From the NCBI GenBank assembly GCA_051294375.1, contig CM119270.1, positions 10,805,790 to 10,869,789 of the forward strand: 64,000 bases of DNA, in the 5' to 3' direction. The position numbers and the translations under genes were made by a program. A model generated the notes under the pieces. That model worked only from the letters and a program-made list of their open reading frames with translations. It did not search any database and had not been told where the DNA came from. Of the stretch, positions 12,671 to 25,230 are shown piece after piece. Numbering within the stretch: position 1 is the stretch's first letter; each line of letters starts with the position of its first letter. The stretch is from Paraspadella gotoi. Taxonomy: Eukaryota; Animalia; Chaetognatha.

Positions 12671-13186
12671 AAACCGCTCGATCTTTACTGACAGGGTTTC
12701 ACGTCTTAACTTTAACTCTTTCCCTCATATTTTTTTTTCTGCGACCTTAACTAAAAAAATTAGAATCCAATAAATAAACACTCAGGCGCGCGAAAATTTC
12801 GGGGAACGAACAAGCGCCATTATCTCTGCCTCGGCGCTCGAGCCCTCGCATGGGGCAGGAGGCAGGGAGGCCAGAGGGGCCAGCAGCCGATGTTGAAAGG
12901 GTAAGTCGGCAGTTCGGCATAATTGGGGTATTCAAGGTCGTAGGAACTGGGGCAGAGAAACGGAAAGACGCGACAGAAGAAAAAAGTAATCCTAAGTATG
13001 TTAATTTAATAAACAGTTTGCACTCTCTCTCTCTCTCTACTCAACTATCCTCCCCTCCTTGTTTATTATTCTACGGTATATATAAACCTCGGAAATTCAA
13101 AACAACAGAAAAAAAAAGAGCAGAGATGAGAAATATGAAAGTTAGTGACGAGAGAGAGACGAGAACGAGAGATGAGAGCATGAGGA

Positions 13187-13221
<35 letters not shown>

Positions 13222-13256
<35 letters not shown>

Positions 13257-15076
13257 AACTTTCATTATTTCTCATTCTCTGCTTTTTTTTTCTGTTGTTT
13301 TGAATTTCCATTTATATATACCTAGAATATAGAACAGAGAGAGAGATAGTGAGAGAGAGAGAGAGAGTCAAACTGTATTAAATTACTATCTATAGATACT
13401 TTTTTTCTTCTTCCGTCTTTCCGTTTTCTCCCCCGTTCCACACCTTGAAACCCCAATTATGCCGAACTCCGACTTACCCTTTCACTCCTCTGCCCCTCGG
13501 CCTCCCTGCCTCCCTGCCCCTCGAGGCTCGAGCCGAGGGCAGAGATAATGCGCTTGTTCGTCCCCGAATTTTCGCCCCTTATGTTTATTTATGGATTCTA
13601 TTTTTTTTTAAGGGTCGAGAAAAAAAATATGAGGGAAGAAGTTAAGATTAAACGTGAAACCCGTCAGTAAAGATCGAGCGTTGAAAATGGGAAGGGAGGA
13701 TTAGGGAAGAGGGGAAATGGGGAAGGGAGGATATGGGAAGAGGAGAAAAGGGGAAGGGAGGATTAGGGAAAAGGGGAAGGGAGATTAGTGAAGAAAGAAA
13801 TGGGAAAGGAAAGAATTAGGAAGAGGGGAAAAAGTGTGATGGGAAAGATTAGGAGAATAAGGGGAAAAGGGAAGAGGAGGATTGGGGAAGAGGTTGAAAA
13901 GGGAAGCAAGGTAGGGAAGAGGATTAGAAGGAGAAGGAAGGATGTAGCGGAAGAGTGGGAAAAGGAGAAAATAGGAAGAGAGAATAGAGAGGAGTCTGAA
14001 GGAGCAGAACGAAGCCGTGGCATGGTAAAAAGAGAAGCCGATTTAAGGATAGAGTAAATTACGAGAGAGAGGAGAGAGGAGAAGAGAGAGACGAGAGAGA
14101 GAGAGAGAGGAGGAGAGGAGGGAGAAGAGAGAGAGAAAAGATTTAATGGAGAAAAGAGAGAACCAGGATTAAGAGGGGAAAAAAGGAAAGATGAAGGAGG
14201 GATTTAAAAGAAAAGGAGAAAAGAGACTTCGTTGAGTAGAGTTGAAAAAAGGAAGAAAAAGGAGGGAAGACGCGAGGGTAAAGATCAAAGAGAGAATAGA
14301 GGGTGATAAATTGGTGACAGAGAGAGGCGAGGGATTTCGTGGGAAAAGAGAGAGAAGATAAAGAAAAAGGAAAGAGATATGGAAAACAATATGGCGNNNN
14401 NNNNNNNNNNNNNNNNNNNNNNNNNNNNNNNNNNNNNNNNNNNNNNNNNNNNNNNNNNNNNNNNNNNNNNNNNNNNNNNNNNNNNNNNNNNNNNNNNNNN
14501 NNNNNNNNNNNNNNNNNNNNNNNNNNNNNNNNNNNNNNNNNNNNNNNNNNNGCGTGATGGGTCACGAACTAAAACAAAGAAACGAATGAGGCGAAAATAA
14601 TAACAATAACAACAAGGAAAAAAAAACCCAGAACGAGGAGGGCGACGACGACAACCAAAACAAAACAGACGACGATATTGGTTACTGGTTTATTTCCTGT
14701 TGGTGACAAGAAGAAGAAAAAAGGATTTCTTTTTCGACGTCGTCATGTCGTCGTCGTTGTTATTGTCGTCTTGACGTCGTCGTCTTCGTCGTCATCGTCG
14801 TCCACCCCTTGGCCGTCTTGTTACTTGTCAATCACCGACCATTTAACAATTCACATTGGAAACTTCACCTTCCTGGTGACATCGGTCGCTCCCTCGTCAC
14901 TTCTTGTCAGTCATTTGCCACGAAAGTGAAACGATTCCACTTTTTTTAAAGCGATCCTTCCTTCAGACGCCACTCTTGCTAGACTGAGGACTGCTGATGA
15001 GCAATTCCTAGCAGATTGTTTCTCGCTACTATTGCTGCTACACTACCCTAAGTCTGATACTGTAAATTCTCTCCCT

Positions 15077-15113
<37 letters not shown>

Positions 15114-17615
15114 CTTCTCTCTCTACTCGGTCTCCTTCTCTCATAACTCTCTCTCTCTCTCTGTTTGAGTGTTTGTTAAATATGTTTAAAATTATATGCA
15201 TCTTCTATTGCGTCTTTTGTCGTTGTTCATCTTTTTATTTTTTTCTTCTTCTTTCATCTTTAATTTCGAGCGAAGATTTCAGAATCGAATTTCGTTAAAA
15301 ACGGAATTCGAATTAGCGAAGACAAAGAATAAGGAGGAGGAGGAGGAGGAGGAGGAGAAGAAGAAGTAAGAGGAAAAAGAGTAGAAACAAGGAGAGAAGA
15401 TGGAGGAAGAAGAAATGAAGGACGAGTAACGGAGGAAAGGAATGGAGAAGCAAACTGACTGCTAAAAGGGAAAAAAAGAACTTTCAGTTTCAGGGAATGG
15501 ATTTAAATCTTTGATCAAGATAATATTGTGCTAATCATAAATTTAAATACATATAATGCTTCAACAATAGAAAAAATTGACAAAATCTTCATCTTAATAA
15601 ATAACACTGGGTGAAAAACATAAAATATTAGTTTAATAAACGTTTCGCAATATACATTTTTAAAATCCGATGAGGGTTTTGCTATTTCTGTCGATATCGG
15701 AATAACGGAAGTTTTGCGGTTCCCCGACAGGCTATTTTGGTGGAGATGGAGAGAGAGTGGAGAGAGAGAGACGCCGTTTCAGGGATCGACAAACAAAATT
15801 TGACAAATTTCGTCGCCAACAAACATGATTTTTAACCAAATAAGAGCAGAAAGAAGATAGGGAGAATAAAGAAGGAAACAGAGAAAGAGGGAGAAGGAGA
15901 AAGAGAAAGAGCTTGAGTATTGAGTATTGAGTATTGAGTATTTTAGTCTTAGTATTAGTATTTTAGACAGACTAAAACAAATGAAATAAGAGAAGAGGCG
16001 ACAATGTCTTTTTTATCATACTTTGATTTTAACAACGTAAAATTTTAACTTAAAGCGAGTCTAGTATTAAGCTTTGCATAAAAAGGGAAATTCTTAAACT
16101 TAGATCAAACTGAAAGCGGAGATCGTAAATTTGAAAGTGAAACGCCCAATTCATCGGCACAGGATTCGTCGGCGCCGGTATTCTCGGCGCCAATCTGGTC
16201 TCGCCTGCCAAAAAAACTCCCCTCAATCTCCTTAAATGGAATCAAGGTTTTCGCTCTGTCTCACTCGCTCTCTCGCTCTCTTTCTCTCACTCTCGCTCTC
16301 GTGCGTCGCGATCTCTTTTCCCTTCGCCTGCGCAAGAAACCCGAATCGTCGATCGACGATTTATTATTAAAAATTCCTTTTTTTTTCTATGAGAATAAAA
16401 ACAGAGTAAGTGTTTTTGCAAAGGAGAAAGAAAAACAAAGGGAAGAAGGAAAGGAAACCAATTTTCCATTTTCTCTCCGTCACTAACCAAATTAGCCAAC
16501 TCCCTTTTATCCCTTCTCATGCGAATTAGTGTAATGAAAATAGGAAGGGAGGAAAGGACAGAGAAACTTGCTGATGTGTACTTTAATTAATTTGTTTTTG
16601 TTTTATTATATATATATAGGGGGAAATGAATATATAGTTGAGTCTGCTGAAAGAAGATCCAACTCTGGTTTTATCTTTCAGATGTTCTTACTTAAGTTTC
16701 AACTTTTAAAAAACTTAAAAAACAATATGAATGTAATTTAAATTCACTGTATCCAAAAAATATTGGATTTCTGTTTTACTAAATTGAAAAGGATTAAAAA
16801 ATAGAAAAAACTGACAAGTTTCTATCGCAGACTCGTTCCCGAAACGAAGTTTCTAAAAATAACCCAAATGTCCTCTCTTCGTCGCCTCTCTCCGATAACT
16901 GAGGGAAAAAAAACAAGACTGCTTGTTTCGAAATTCTTTCCAACAAGTTTCCTTTTTTTCGCTAATAACACTCGCTTCTTTTCCTTCTTTTTCGGATGTT
17001 TTTCCTTTTTTTTTCGCCCCTTCGTTTCCTCGGGTTCAGACAGAGGAGGCCCCGTTCGCGCCTCCAAAAATGTTGGTTTAAAATCGTATTATAAACTAAG
17101 AAATCTTCTCTTGGTATCTTGAGGCCAATTTTTTTGTCAAAATATTATGTTTATTTTTTGTATTATGAAATTTACTGTCTTTTTAAAATTTAAACCTTGG
17201 AATAATTTTCACCTTACTTTTCAGAAAAAATCGTATTTAACAATAAAAAACAAATACAACAACAACAACTACAGAGACAACGACAATAACAAAAACAACA
17301 CCAAGAAATCTCTGAGAAAGGAACCTCCGAGATCATTGCCTTTCCTCCGTCCTACCCAATCGAATTTTCATAAAGCTTCCTGCTTAGCCAATGGACGCGG
17401 TTTAACTGGTGAAAAAAAAACTGGGTAAATATTTTGAGGACTTGTTATGAGGACGAGGATGAGGAAGAAGACGGGGTGGACGCAGGGGAAAAGGAAGAGG
17501 AGGACAAAAAGTGCTTCGACGTGAAATTAGAGAGTAAACGAAGAGAGGAAATAAGGAAGACGACAAGGAGGAAGATGTAGGGAGAGAGAGAGAGAGAAGA
17601 GAGAGAGAGGAGAGA

Positions 17616-17666
<51 letters not shown>

Positions 17667-18592
17667 AAAGTGGAAAAGTGTTGACCCGGTGAGAAATTTC
17701 GTGGGATTCGGAAATGGCGAGAAGAGACCAAAACAAAGATGAAAAGGCAAGAAAGAAAGTTAAAAAGAAAATAAAGAGGGAAGAAAGAGAAAAAGACGAA
17801 AAAAAAAGAAATAAAGAAATAAAGAAACGAGAATTAAGAAAAAGAAAAAGAAATCTACAGTTTAAACTTTTGATTAGAAGCACTGAATGACTGTTTCAAC
17901 TCTACCGAGTTACGACATAAATTAACCTTGCATTTATATCAATTTTTTTTTAAATTTGCTACTTTGTTAATTAGTAATTAATTATATAGCTTTAAGTACG
18001 GAAAGTAAACCTCCATTCTGGAAAAAAGCAAAGTCAGCATGTACATAATTATGTTAAAAATTTTTTTTACAGTTTAGGATATTAAAGTATTACTATAACA
18101 TTATGACATTACAGATTTCAAGGTTTTCAGAAAGGTCAGCAAATCTGCAACAAAACCTTTCATCATGCGAAAAGTATTTGACAACCAGCACATTGGACAA
18201 TGGTCAGTTAATATAGCAGTAGTGCTAAATTGGCATCACGTTTAGTCAGATATCAGTAAAGTCCGCTTTAACATGGAGCAGTGTTGACCGTTCGCCTTTT
18301 AAATGGAAGCAGAGTCAGCAAATCTGCTTGTCAGATTGTAGCTGATTCGGCATGTCACCTTGTCAGATGGCTGCTTAGTTGACATGGAGCCTTTACAGCT
18401 AGCCGCAGAGTCGGCAATTCCGCTTGTCAGATAGCAGCTACGTTGTCAGATTGCGAATCGCCGAGTCACCGACTGAGTTCGTCTGATTATCATTTCTAAT
18501 GACGTCTCCCATTTCCGGTGCGGGAGGAATCAACACAATCGGAGGGAAAGAATGGGGACGAAGGACTGAATATGAGCCGAGGAACCACCGGG

Positions 18593-18675
<83 letters not shown>

Positions 18676-19568
18676 CCTTCCCATTCTTTTACTCTGAAAG
18701 AGAACGGTTGTACAAAGCAACCGAACCGAGCCGGAATATTTGAATACTACCCAGCCCATTGTTACGTGCACTCTTTTACTATGATAGCAGTTATAAATCA
18801 AACCAGAAGGACGAGAACTGCTAATTTATTTAAGCACTAAAAAAGAAAAAAATGGGTTTATGATTGATTTTTTAAATATTTTTTTTTTTTATTTCGCCAA
18901 TTTTTATTCATTTTTATTTCGTTTATTTTATAGAATTACTCCTCGTTTGTGCTGATCTGGTTGATGGAATAAATGAAAAGAAAAGGTTCGACTTTGTTGG
19001 CATTAAAAAGGGGAAAAAGATCAAAAAGGGTCCGAAGAAAGTTGCCAAATCAATAACCATTTCTTTTTTCAAATTTGACATTTATTTTTGATTTGCGGAA
19101 TTCCAAAAGTTTGACGTTTCGTTTTGTTTTCAATCAGATTCTCCTTTTGTCACTTAGGATCTTTCAGTTCAACTGTTGTTTTTATTTTGTGGGAATGGGT
19201 TGGGGTCATTTTTTGACCAGGTCATGATTCGACCCGGTCAAGATTCTATCCAAACGTTTGTCGTTCGGCAGTCGGAGAAGATTTTTCAGAAATGGGGTCA
19301 GAAGGATCTCATTTATTGTGGTCGGTGGAGTTGGAAATGGGGAACTTTTGACAAGGTCGCCACAGCGATCATCTTCCTTCATCTTTGGTCGACAGTTTTT
19401 TTTATTCCCTTGTTCGTTATTTTGCTCGTTCTTTCGTTCTTTTCTGTTTGTTCGTTTGTTCGCTCGTTCGTTCCTCCGTTCATTCAAGATAATCTTATTC
19501 GGCTCTCCTCGCAAATTCCCATAATACTAAAATGCATTCCCTTCTCTACTGATCCCCTTTCATCCTTT

Positions 19569-19620
<52 letters not shown>

Positions 19621-20468
19621 AAAGCCTTTATTCATATTCCTCCCTCTTCTTTTCTTCTTTATTCCCAATTCGCTTTCGCCCTTCCTTCTTCCTTCTTCTG
19701 TCAATCTGGAGAGATTTGCCTTCTTTCCTATTCTTTCTTTTCATTCTCTCTTTCTATTCTCCCTTTTATTTTTTTTTAAATTTACTTATAATATTAGCTT
19801 CTGAATTACTGATGCATGTATTTTTTTTGCTTTTTTACCTCTTTTTAGTTACGAGCAAGCAGCCCTCATTCTTAGCACTTTCACGTTTTTTTTCCTTTTT
19901 ATTACAATCATTTTCATACATCATCTAAAAAAGGATTCCAACAGTTGACTGAGTTTCTGATCTGATTTGTTTTCCTTTTATTCCCTCCTTGCTATTTATG
20001 TACATATTATTAGTTATTAGTACCTACACTAACCATAGCCGATGAAATTTAAATGCTGATGTATACAGCGCTAAAATAATCTATTATGAGCATACATAAA
20101 AGTTTTAAAATATTTTTTGTCAAAAATGTTTTCGTCTGTGGGTACTAGCCTAATTAAAATTATTATATTACTATATACGTAAAGAAAAAAATGTTTGATG
20201 ATTTCTTTTAGAGCAAAAAAATTTAACAAAAAATATAATTACAGCTTTTAAAAATTCTTACATTTTCTAAGTAAAAATAAAAAAAAACTGATAAAATCGA
20301 AATCAAAATCGAAAGATGATTATGATAACAATTTTTTATGGGAGAATAACTAAATTCGTTTTAATAACAATTGTTTTTATTATTACAATAAAAATCGCAC
20401 TCATGTTGATTTCGTGTCTTCATCAGCATTTAAAATCGTTAGTGTTTCAGTTTCACAAACATTTGGTT

Positions 20469-20535
<67 letters not shown>

Positions 20536-21142
20536 TGAGTAAAGGATAGTGGTCAAAAATTAATTTTCTATTATTAGATTTATTATTAGATTTAATAAAC
20601 ATTTTTTTTATAATCATATCCTTTGATAAGGATAGCTCCAATCAGAATTCAAAAATATACAGTTAAGCATTTTTTGTCATTTAGCACCTCTAGTATCTCA
20701 TGAACAGACAACAACAGTAGAAGACCTTTCAATTATCAGTGGAGATAAAGCCAAACAACTCTGTTCTTTAAAGTTTAATAACGATTTTCATTTACTTAAT
20801 TTTATTGTTGATATATCAGTTTTAGTTTTCGTCACACTGTAAAATTGGCCTAGCGAATTTTCATTTTTAATTTTTCATTTTTCAATTTTCATAACGATTT
20901 TCATTTACTTAATTTTATTATTGATGTATCAGTTTTAGTTTTCGTCACACTGTAAAATTGGCCTAGCGAATTTTTGACTTTTTGATCTTAGGGAATAGTT
21001 TCACATTTGTTTCAAAAAATTAGATGTCCTTTATCATTTCTTGTATTTATACTCCGCGCTAGTGGTCACTGGTCAGATGTGATGACAGGTGATAGTGATG
21101 ACAGGGAAGGAGGGAGAGCAATAAAATTTGAAATTGATGAAA

Positions 21143-21193
<51 letters not shown>

Positions 21194-21315
21194 GAATATT
21201 ATTGTAATAATAAAAACAATTGTTGTTAAAACGAATTTCGTTATTCTCCACATTAAATTTAACACTAACAACAAAAAAAAGGGTAATTGCAATGTCATAA
21301 AAATATCTAAAAAAG
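13222..21315 (+). repeat. Right arm of ~18.5 kb inverted duplication
   Basis: Mirror of 2853-13221. The centre is a spacer-less (GA)n/(TC)n junction, and this arm continues into unique sequence after ~21315. Confidence 0.95.
20338..21254 (-). mobile_element. Mirror copy of the decayed Penelope-like element, without the nested 1.6-kb insertion
   Basis: Terminal IRs at 20338-20390 and 21200-21254; TCTTCATCAGC at ~20417; internal (GA)n tracts. Confidence 0.45.
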
Positions 21316-21717
21316 AATTATATTATACTAGACAGCTATCTGAATCGGTTCTCAAAAATTAAAATTTCTCCAAAAAGATTTTGGCTTTGCCTATCTATAA
21401 ATAAATATTAAAAAATTAATTGCTTGGGTAAATGAAAATTTTTTTGTCCATTGAAATTATACTTAAAAATGTAAAAAATTTCGTTTGAGCATATACTCAC
21501 TCAAAATTTTTGACTCATCCCATTAAGTAGGGCTACCTCTACCAACACTTTTTTTCCCCAATGTCTTTTTTTATCTTTGTTCTTTTCTTTTTTTTTCCGC
21601 CAGATTTACATGTAGCTTCTCTTTCCTTTTCTTTACCTTTCATTTTTTTCACCTTGACTCCTGCATCCAGAAAAGCGTTTTCTCGTCCCTGAGGGAAAAA
21701 CCATGAAAACGACAGAA

Positions 21718-21772
<55 letters not shown>

Positions 21773-21883
21773 TTTATAGTTGAGAGAAGAAAACAACACC
21801 GAAGACAAATTCATCAACACTCTCGGTGAAAATGAAAAAAAAATTGAAATGACCATGAGGAAGGGAAAGTGGAAAAGCCAGCA

Positions 21884-21922
<39 letters not shown>

Positions 21923-22068
21923 GAGAGGAAGTAGAGAGAGAGAGTCCTTGACTCTTCCATCCGGCCGGGTCAGCGGCCGCCTTCGCTTCCACGCCATCGC
22001 GCTTGACTGAGCGTCAAGCGACGACCGTGACACGCCTGACATTTAGCCTCTGTGTTTCCGGTCACACG

Positions 22069-22102
<34 letters not shown>

Positions 22103-22764
22103 CCTCTCTCCTCTCTCTCTCTCTCTGCTCTACCCGTTATTTTTCTATTTTTTAAAATAATATTCTTTTCCTTATCACCGAATTCCCCCCGCCCTTTCAT
22201 GATCACATTGCTCCCGAGCCACACCTCACCTCATGCAGCTTCGCCCATCACGTGTATCACCACCAAGAAAAGTTCACAAGCTATCTCTGTCTCGAAAACC
22301 TTTCCGATTGTTCACGCATTCACCTTTTCACCTCTATGAAGCTGACAACGCATCAGGCAAAGCCTAACAAGGACTTCTTATATAATCACTATCACTCACT
22401 CACCTCGTTAATAGAAAGCCGCTATATTGTATGTATAATTGTATATTGTATATGTAACTCCAAAATTTTCGAGCCAGAATTAATCTCTTCCGGTCCTAAA
22501 ACCCAATCAAAAAATATCCCTGTTGCCAAATTCATTTTCTCTTTCATCCAAAAACTTACTCTCTTTCTCATTCCTTCTTCAGTCTGCACTCAAACCTTTC
22601 TGTCGATATCTCTCTCGTTCGTACGTCCGAGAAAAACGTTGAGTTTCTTGATATCGCAGTCGATTTGCCCCAGTCGTTGTTGTCGTCGTAGTCGTCGTAG
22701 TCGTCGTCGTCGTCGTCTCATATTAATGATTTTTTTCTTTCGTTGCATAATTTTCAACCTCATA

Positions 22765-23736
22765 CAGATCTGCTCAAAAAAAGTTTAAACTTTGAACCCC
22801 CTACTATCTCGCTTGTATGTCGTCCTATTAATTAAAATTTGGGTTCAGTTGAAAGCCAAGACAGATATATTTCATCCGAGCCCATGACGAGGTTTTTAGG
22901 CTAAATATTAGAAGCTGTGCTAAAAACAAAAAAAAGATCAAAATTTTGTTTTACAATTTTTTTTTTTTTGCAAAAATTTTTTTTTTATCCATCTTTGTTT
23001 TTGTTTTTTTGTGTTTTTTTACCATGGAAACTTCAAAACAGCTGATCCCCCCCAAAAAAGCTGCAATAGTTGAGCTTTGGAAGGGGGATTTGTTAAGATA
23101 TAGGATCGCCAGACAGTTTTATTTCCCTCTGACAACCATCTGCAGAGTTGTTAACAAATTTGAAGTAACTGGACACCTTGGACGAGCTGTTAAAGCAGGC
23201 GGCCTCGCTTGTCCACCGAGAGTGAGAACGATGACGTGGATAATCTCGTAATTCAAGATTGTAAGGCTTCTGCAAGCCAGTTGAGAAAACAATGGAGAGA
23301 AGAGGAAGTGTTGCCAGTCGTTCAAAAGTGAATGGGCTGCTTTTCATGGAGGATAGAGCTTTTGGATACAAAACTAAAACCACTCAAAAATGTCATGAGG
23401 AAAATGGAATCGAGGTGCTCAAAGTTGGCCCGGAAACTCACCTGACTGCAATTTTATCAAAAATGTTTGGTCAAGGATGAAAAGGGATATTTTACACTAT
23501 AACGCCATGACAGTCAACAAAATCTAAAAAATTTTAAAATGAATTTGGGGAGCTGAACCCTTCATATTTGTCCAGCCCTTACAACTCTCTCCCTTATTGC
23601 AGGGAGGTGGTGCTGGAAGCAAATAGTGGTCTGACAACGTATTAACTAACTGAGTCCTAAAAAGTACTATTTTCCTTCAATTAACGAAATAAAATGCTTT
23701 TATCATAACTATTAAAATTTTTTTTGAGCAGATCTG
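22765..23736 (+). mobile_element. Internally deleted Tc1/mariner-superfamily DNA transposon
   Basis: ~24-bp TIRs CAGATCTGCTCAAAAAAA(G/A)TTT(T)AA at both ends, a TA target duplication (22763-64, 23737-38) and a transposase remnant inside. Confidence 0.92.
23024..23645 (+). pseudogene. Tc1-like transposase pseudogene (frameshifted, central deletion)
   Basis: N-terminal HTH-like METSKQL..KKAAIVELWK..YRIARQFYFPLTTICRVVNKFEVTG. C-terminal FMEDRA..., WPGNSPDCNFIKNVW (cf. WPxxSPDLNPIENxW) and VVLEANSGLTTY*. The region with the first catalytic Asp is missing. Confidence 0.88.
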
Positions 23737-23875
23737 TATATTCATGATTTCAGTAAAATCTATTTTTAACAAAAATTTTATAATATCAAATGTCAAATAT
23801 CACCTTTTATGTAAAATTTACATTTTTTTAATTTTTAAATAAACAATTATACATTTCTTCCCCTCCTTTTTACAG

Positions 23876-23946
23876 AGACGATCCCAAATGCTACATGTGC
23901 CTCGTTATCACTGTCAAACATCCAAACGTCCTTCAGTACAAAGAAA
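23876..23946 (+). CDS. Internal exon A of Cys-rich uncharacterised protein (DUF7042/LP06548p-like family)
   Basis: Polypyrimidine+TACAG acceptor and GTAAGA donor. Encodes DDPKCYMCLVITVKHPNVLQYKE, with the family-type HxNVLQYKE motif. Phase 2 in, phase 1 out. Confidence 0.85.
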
Positions 23947-24047
23947 GTAAGAGATTTATCCTTTACCTTTGTTTACAATTAAATATCTACTCAGCTGGTA
24001 GGTACTAATTAAAAATTCCTAAACTTTCTCCCTTTGCTTGTATCCAG

Positions 24048-24167
24048 GTCACCTCAGCGGCCAAAAAGGTCTCTGCTTCGGGGAAGACGTTACGCGAGAC
24101 GAAATCAACATTGACGACGTCTGCAAACTCATTCTGGGAGATGCTAATCTGTATTCGATGTTCAAAG
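24048..24167 (+). CDS. Internal exon B of the same gene
   Basis: TCCAG acceptor and GTAAGT donor. Encodes (S)HLSGQKGLCFGEDVTRDEINIDDVCKLILGDANLYSMFK; phase 1/1, in frame with exon A. Confidence 0.88.
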
Positions 24168-24889
24168 GTAAGTTCAGAATAATTATGCTGCATCTAAGTC
24201 GTTTTTCTGTGTACACGTCTTCTTCTTGTGACAAGATTCTTGTCCAATTCAAAAAAGTTTTGACCTTCATTATTTCCTCAGACACAAAACCGGTGATTTC
24301 CACCTACCCGGTTTCTACTTACCTTTAACCTCATACTTACCCTTAAATTTCCACGATGAAAGGTGCGTAAATCTTAACCCGCGAATTCCCGTCTTTTTAT
24401 TAATATTCGAATCGCCTCCCGATTTTATGAGATCGATCCCGGATCCCTTCTCTTCCTCCACGTTTCCCAATCATCTTTGACCTCCATCCTGTGAAGAATA
24501 AAAAAAAATCTTGAGGCAATTTATAACAGCACGACCCTACCCGATTCTTTTTCTCACATTTCAACCTTACCCAACCAACCTTCTCCCACCTGAAGGAGCA
24601 ATACCATCGTTCGTAAGAAGGCCCCGTCAACTGGAGAAAAAATCCTCCTTTCTAGCGATCGAGCAGCGACTAAGAGCCCGCGCGACGCCCACCTTGTGCC
24701 CACCGGGCACGGTTTGATAATAGCCCCCCCTGTAATTTTTCCTGCCCCTCCTCTCGACGTTACCCGCCGAGAAATTTGGACGAAACTCACCTGAGAAAAA
24801 ATAAAAAGGTCGAAAGGTCGAGGGTCGAAAGTGTAAATCGCGGGAGGAGGGAAATCGTAAAACGTCGCCGATCGTCAAATGTCGACGAG

Positions 24890-25230
24890 GAAAGGATGGA
24901 GGAAAAGATGGAGGAGGAAGGGATGGAGGAAAAGATGGAGTAGGAAAAGATGAAGGAGAAGATGGAGGAGGAAAGGATGGAGGAAAAGATGGAGGAGGAA
25001 AGGATGGAAGAAAAGATGGAGGAGGAAAGGATGGCGGAAAAGATGGAGGAGGAGAGGATAGAGGAAAGGATATAAAAGAAAATGAAATCAAAAGATGAAG
25101 GAGAAGATCGAGGAGGAACGGATGGAGGAGGAGAGGATGGAGGAAAAGATGGAGGAGGAGAGGATGGAGGAAAAGATGGAGGAGGAGAGGATGGAGGAAA
25201 GGATATAAAAGAAAATGAAATGAAAACAGG
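24890..25230. repeat. Purine-rich 27-bp minisatellite (GATGGAGGAGGAAAGGATGGAGGAAAA)
   Basis: Visible periodicity; source of the PPPSFPPSF and SSILSSSIF ORFs. Confidence 0.85.

Larger units (their letters stand above)
2853..13221 (-). repeat. Left arm of ~18.5 kb inverted duplication (probable alternate haplotype inserted in reverse)
   Basis: Reverse complement of 13222-21315 throughout, e.g. 13093 AAATTCAAAACAACAGAAAA vs ~13290 TTCTGTTGTTTTGAATTT, and 9062 TTTCTTAGTTTATAAT vs ~17088 ATTATAAACTAAGAAA. It starts right after an N gap and carries many small indels plus two extra insertions. Confidence 0.95.

Noticed and set aside
13141-13260. SMRTbell adapter at the palindrome centre
   Set aside because: Only (GA)n/(TC)n is present with no adapter loop sequence, and the arms differ by real insertions.
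13688-13945. Telomeric TTAGG-type repeats
   Set aside because: These are isolated ATTAGG words within a purine-rich minisatellite, not a tandem telomeric array.
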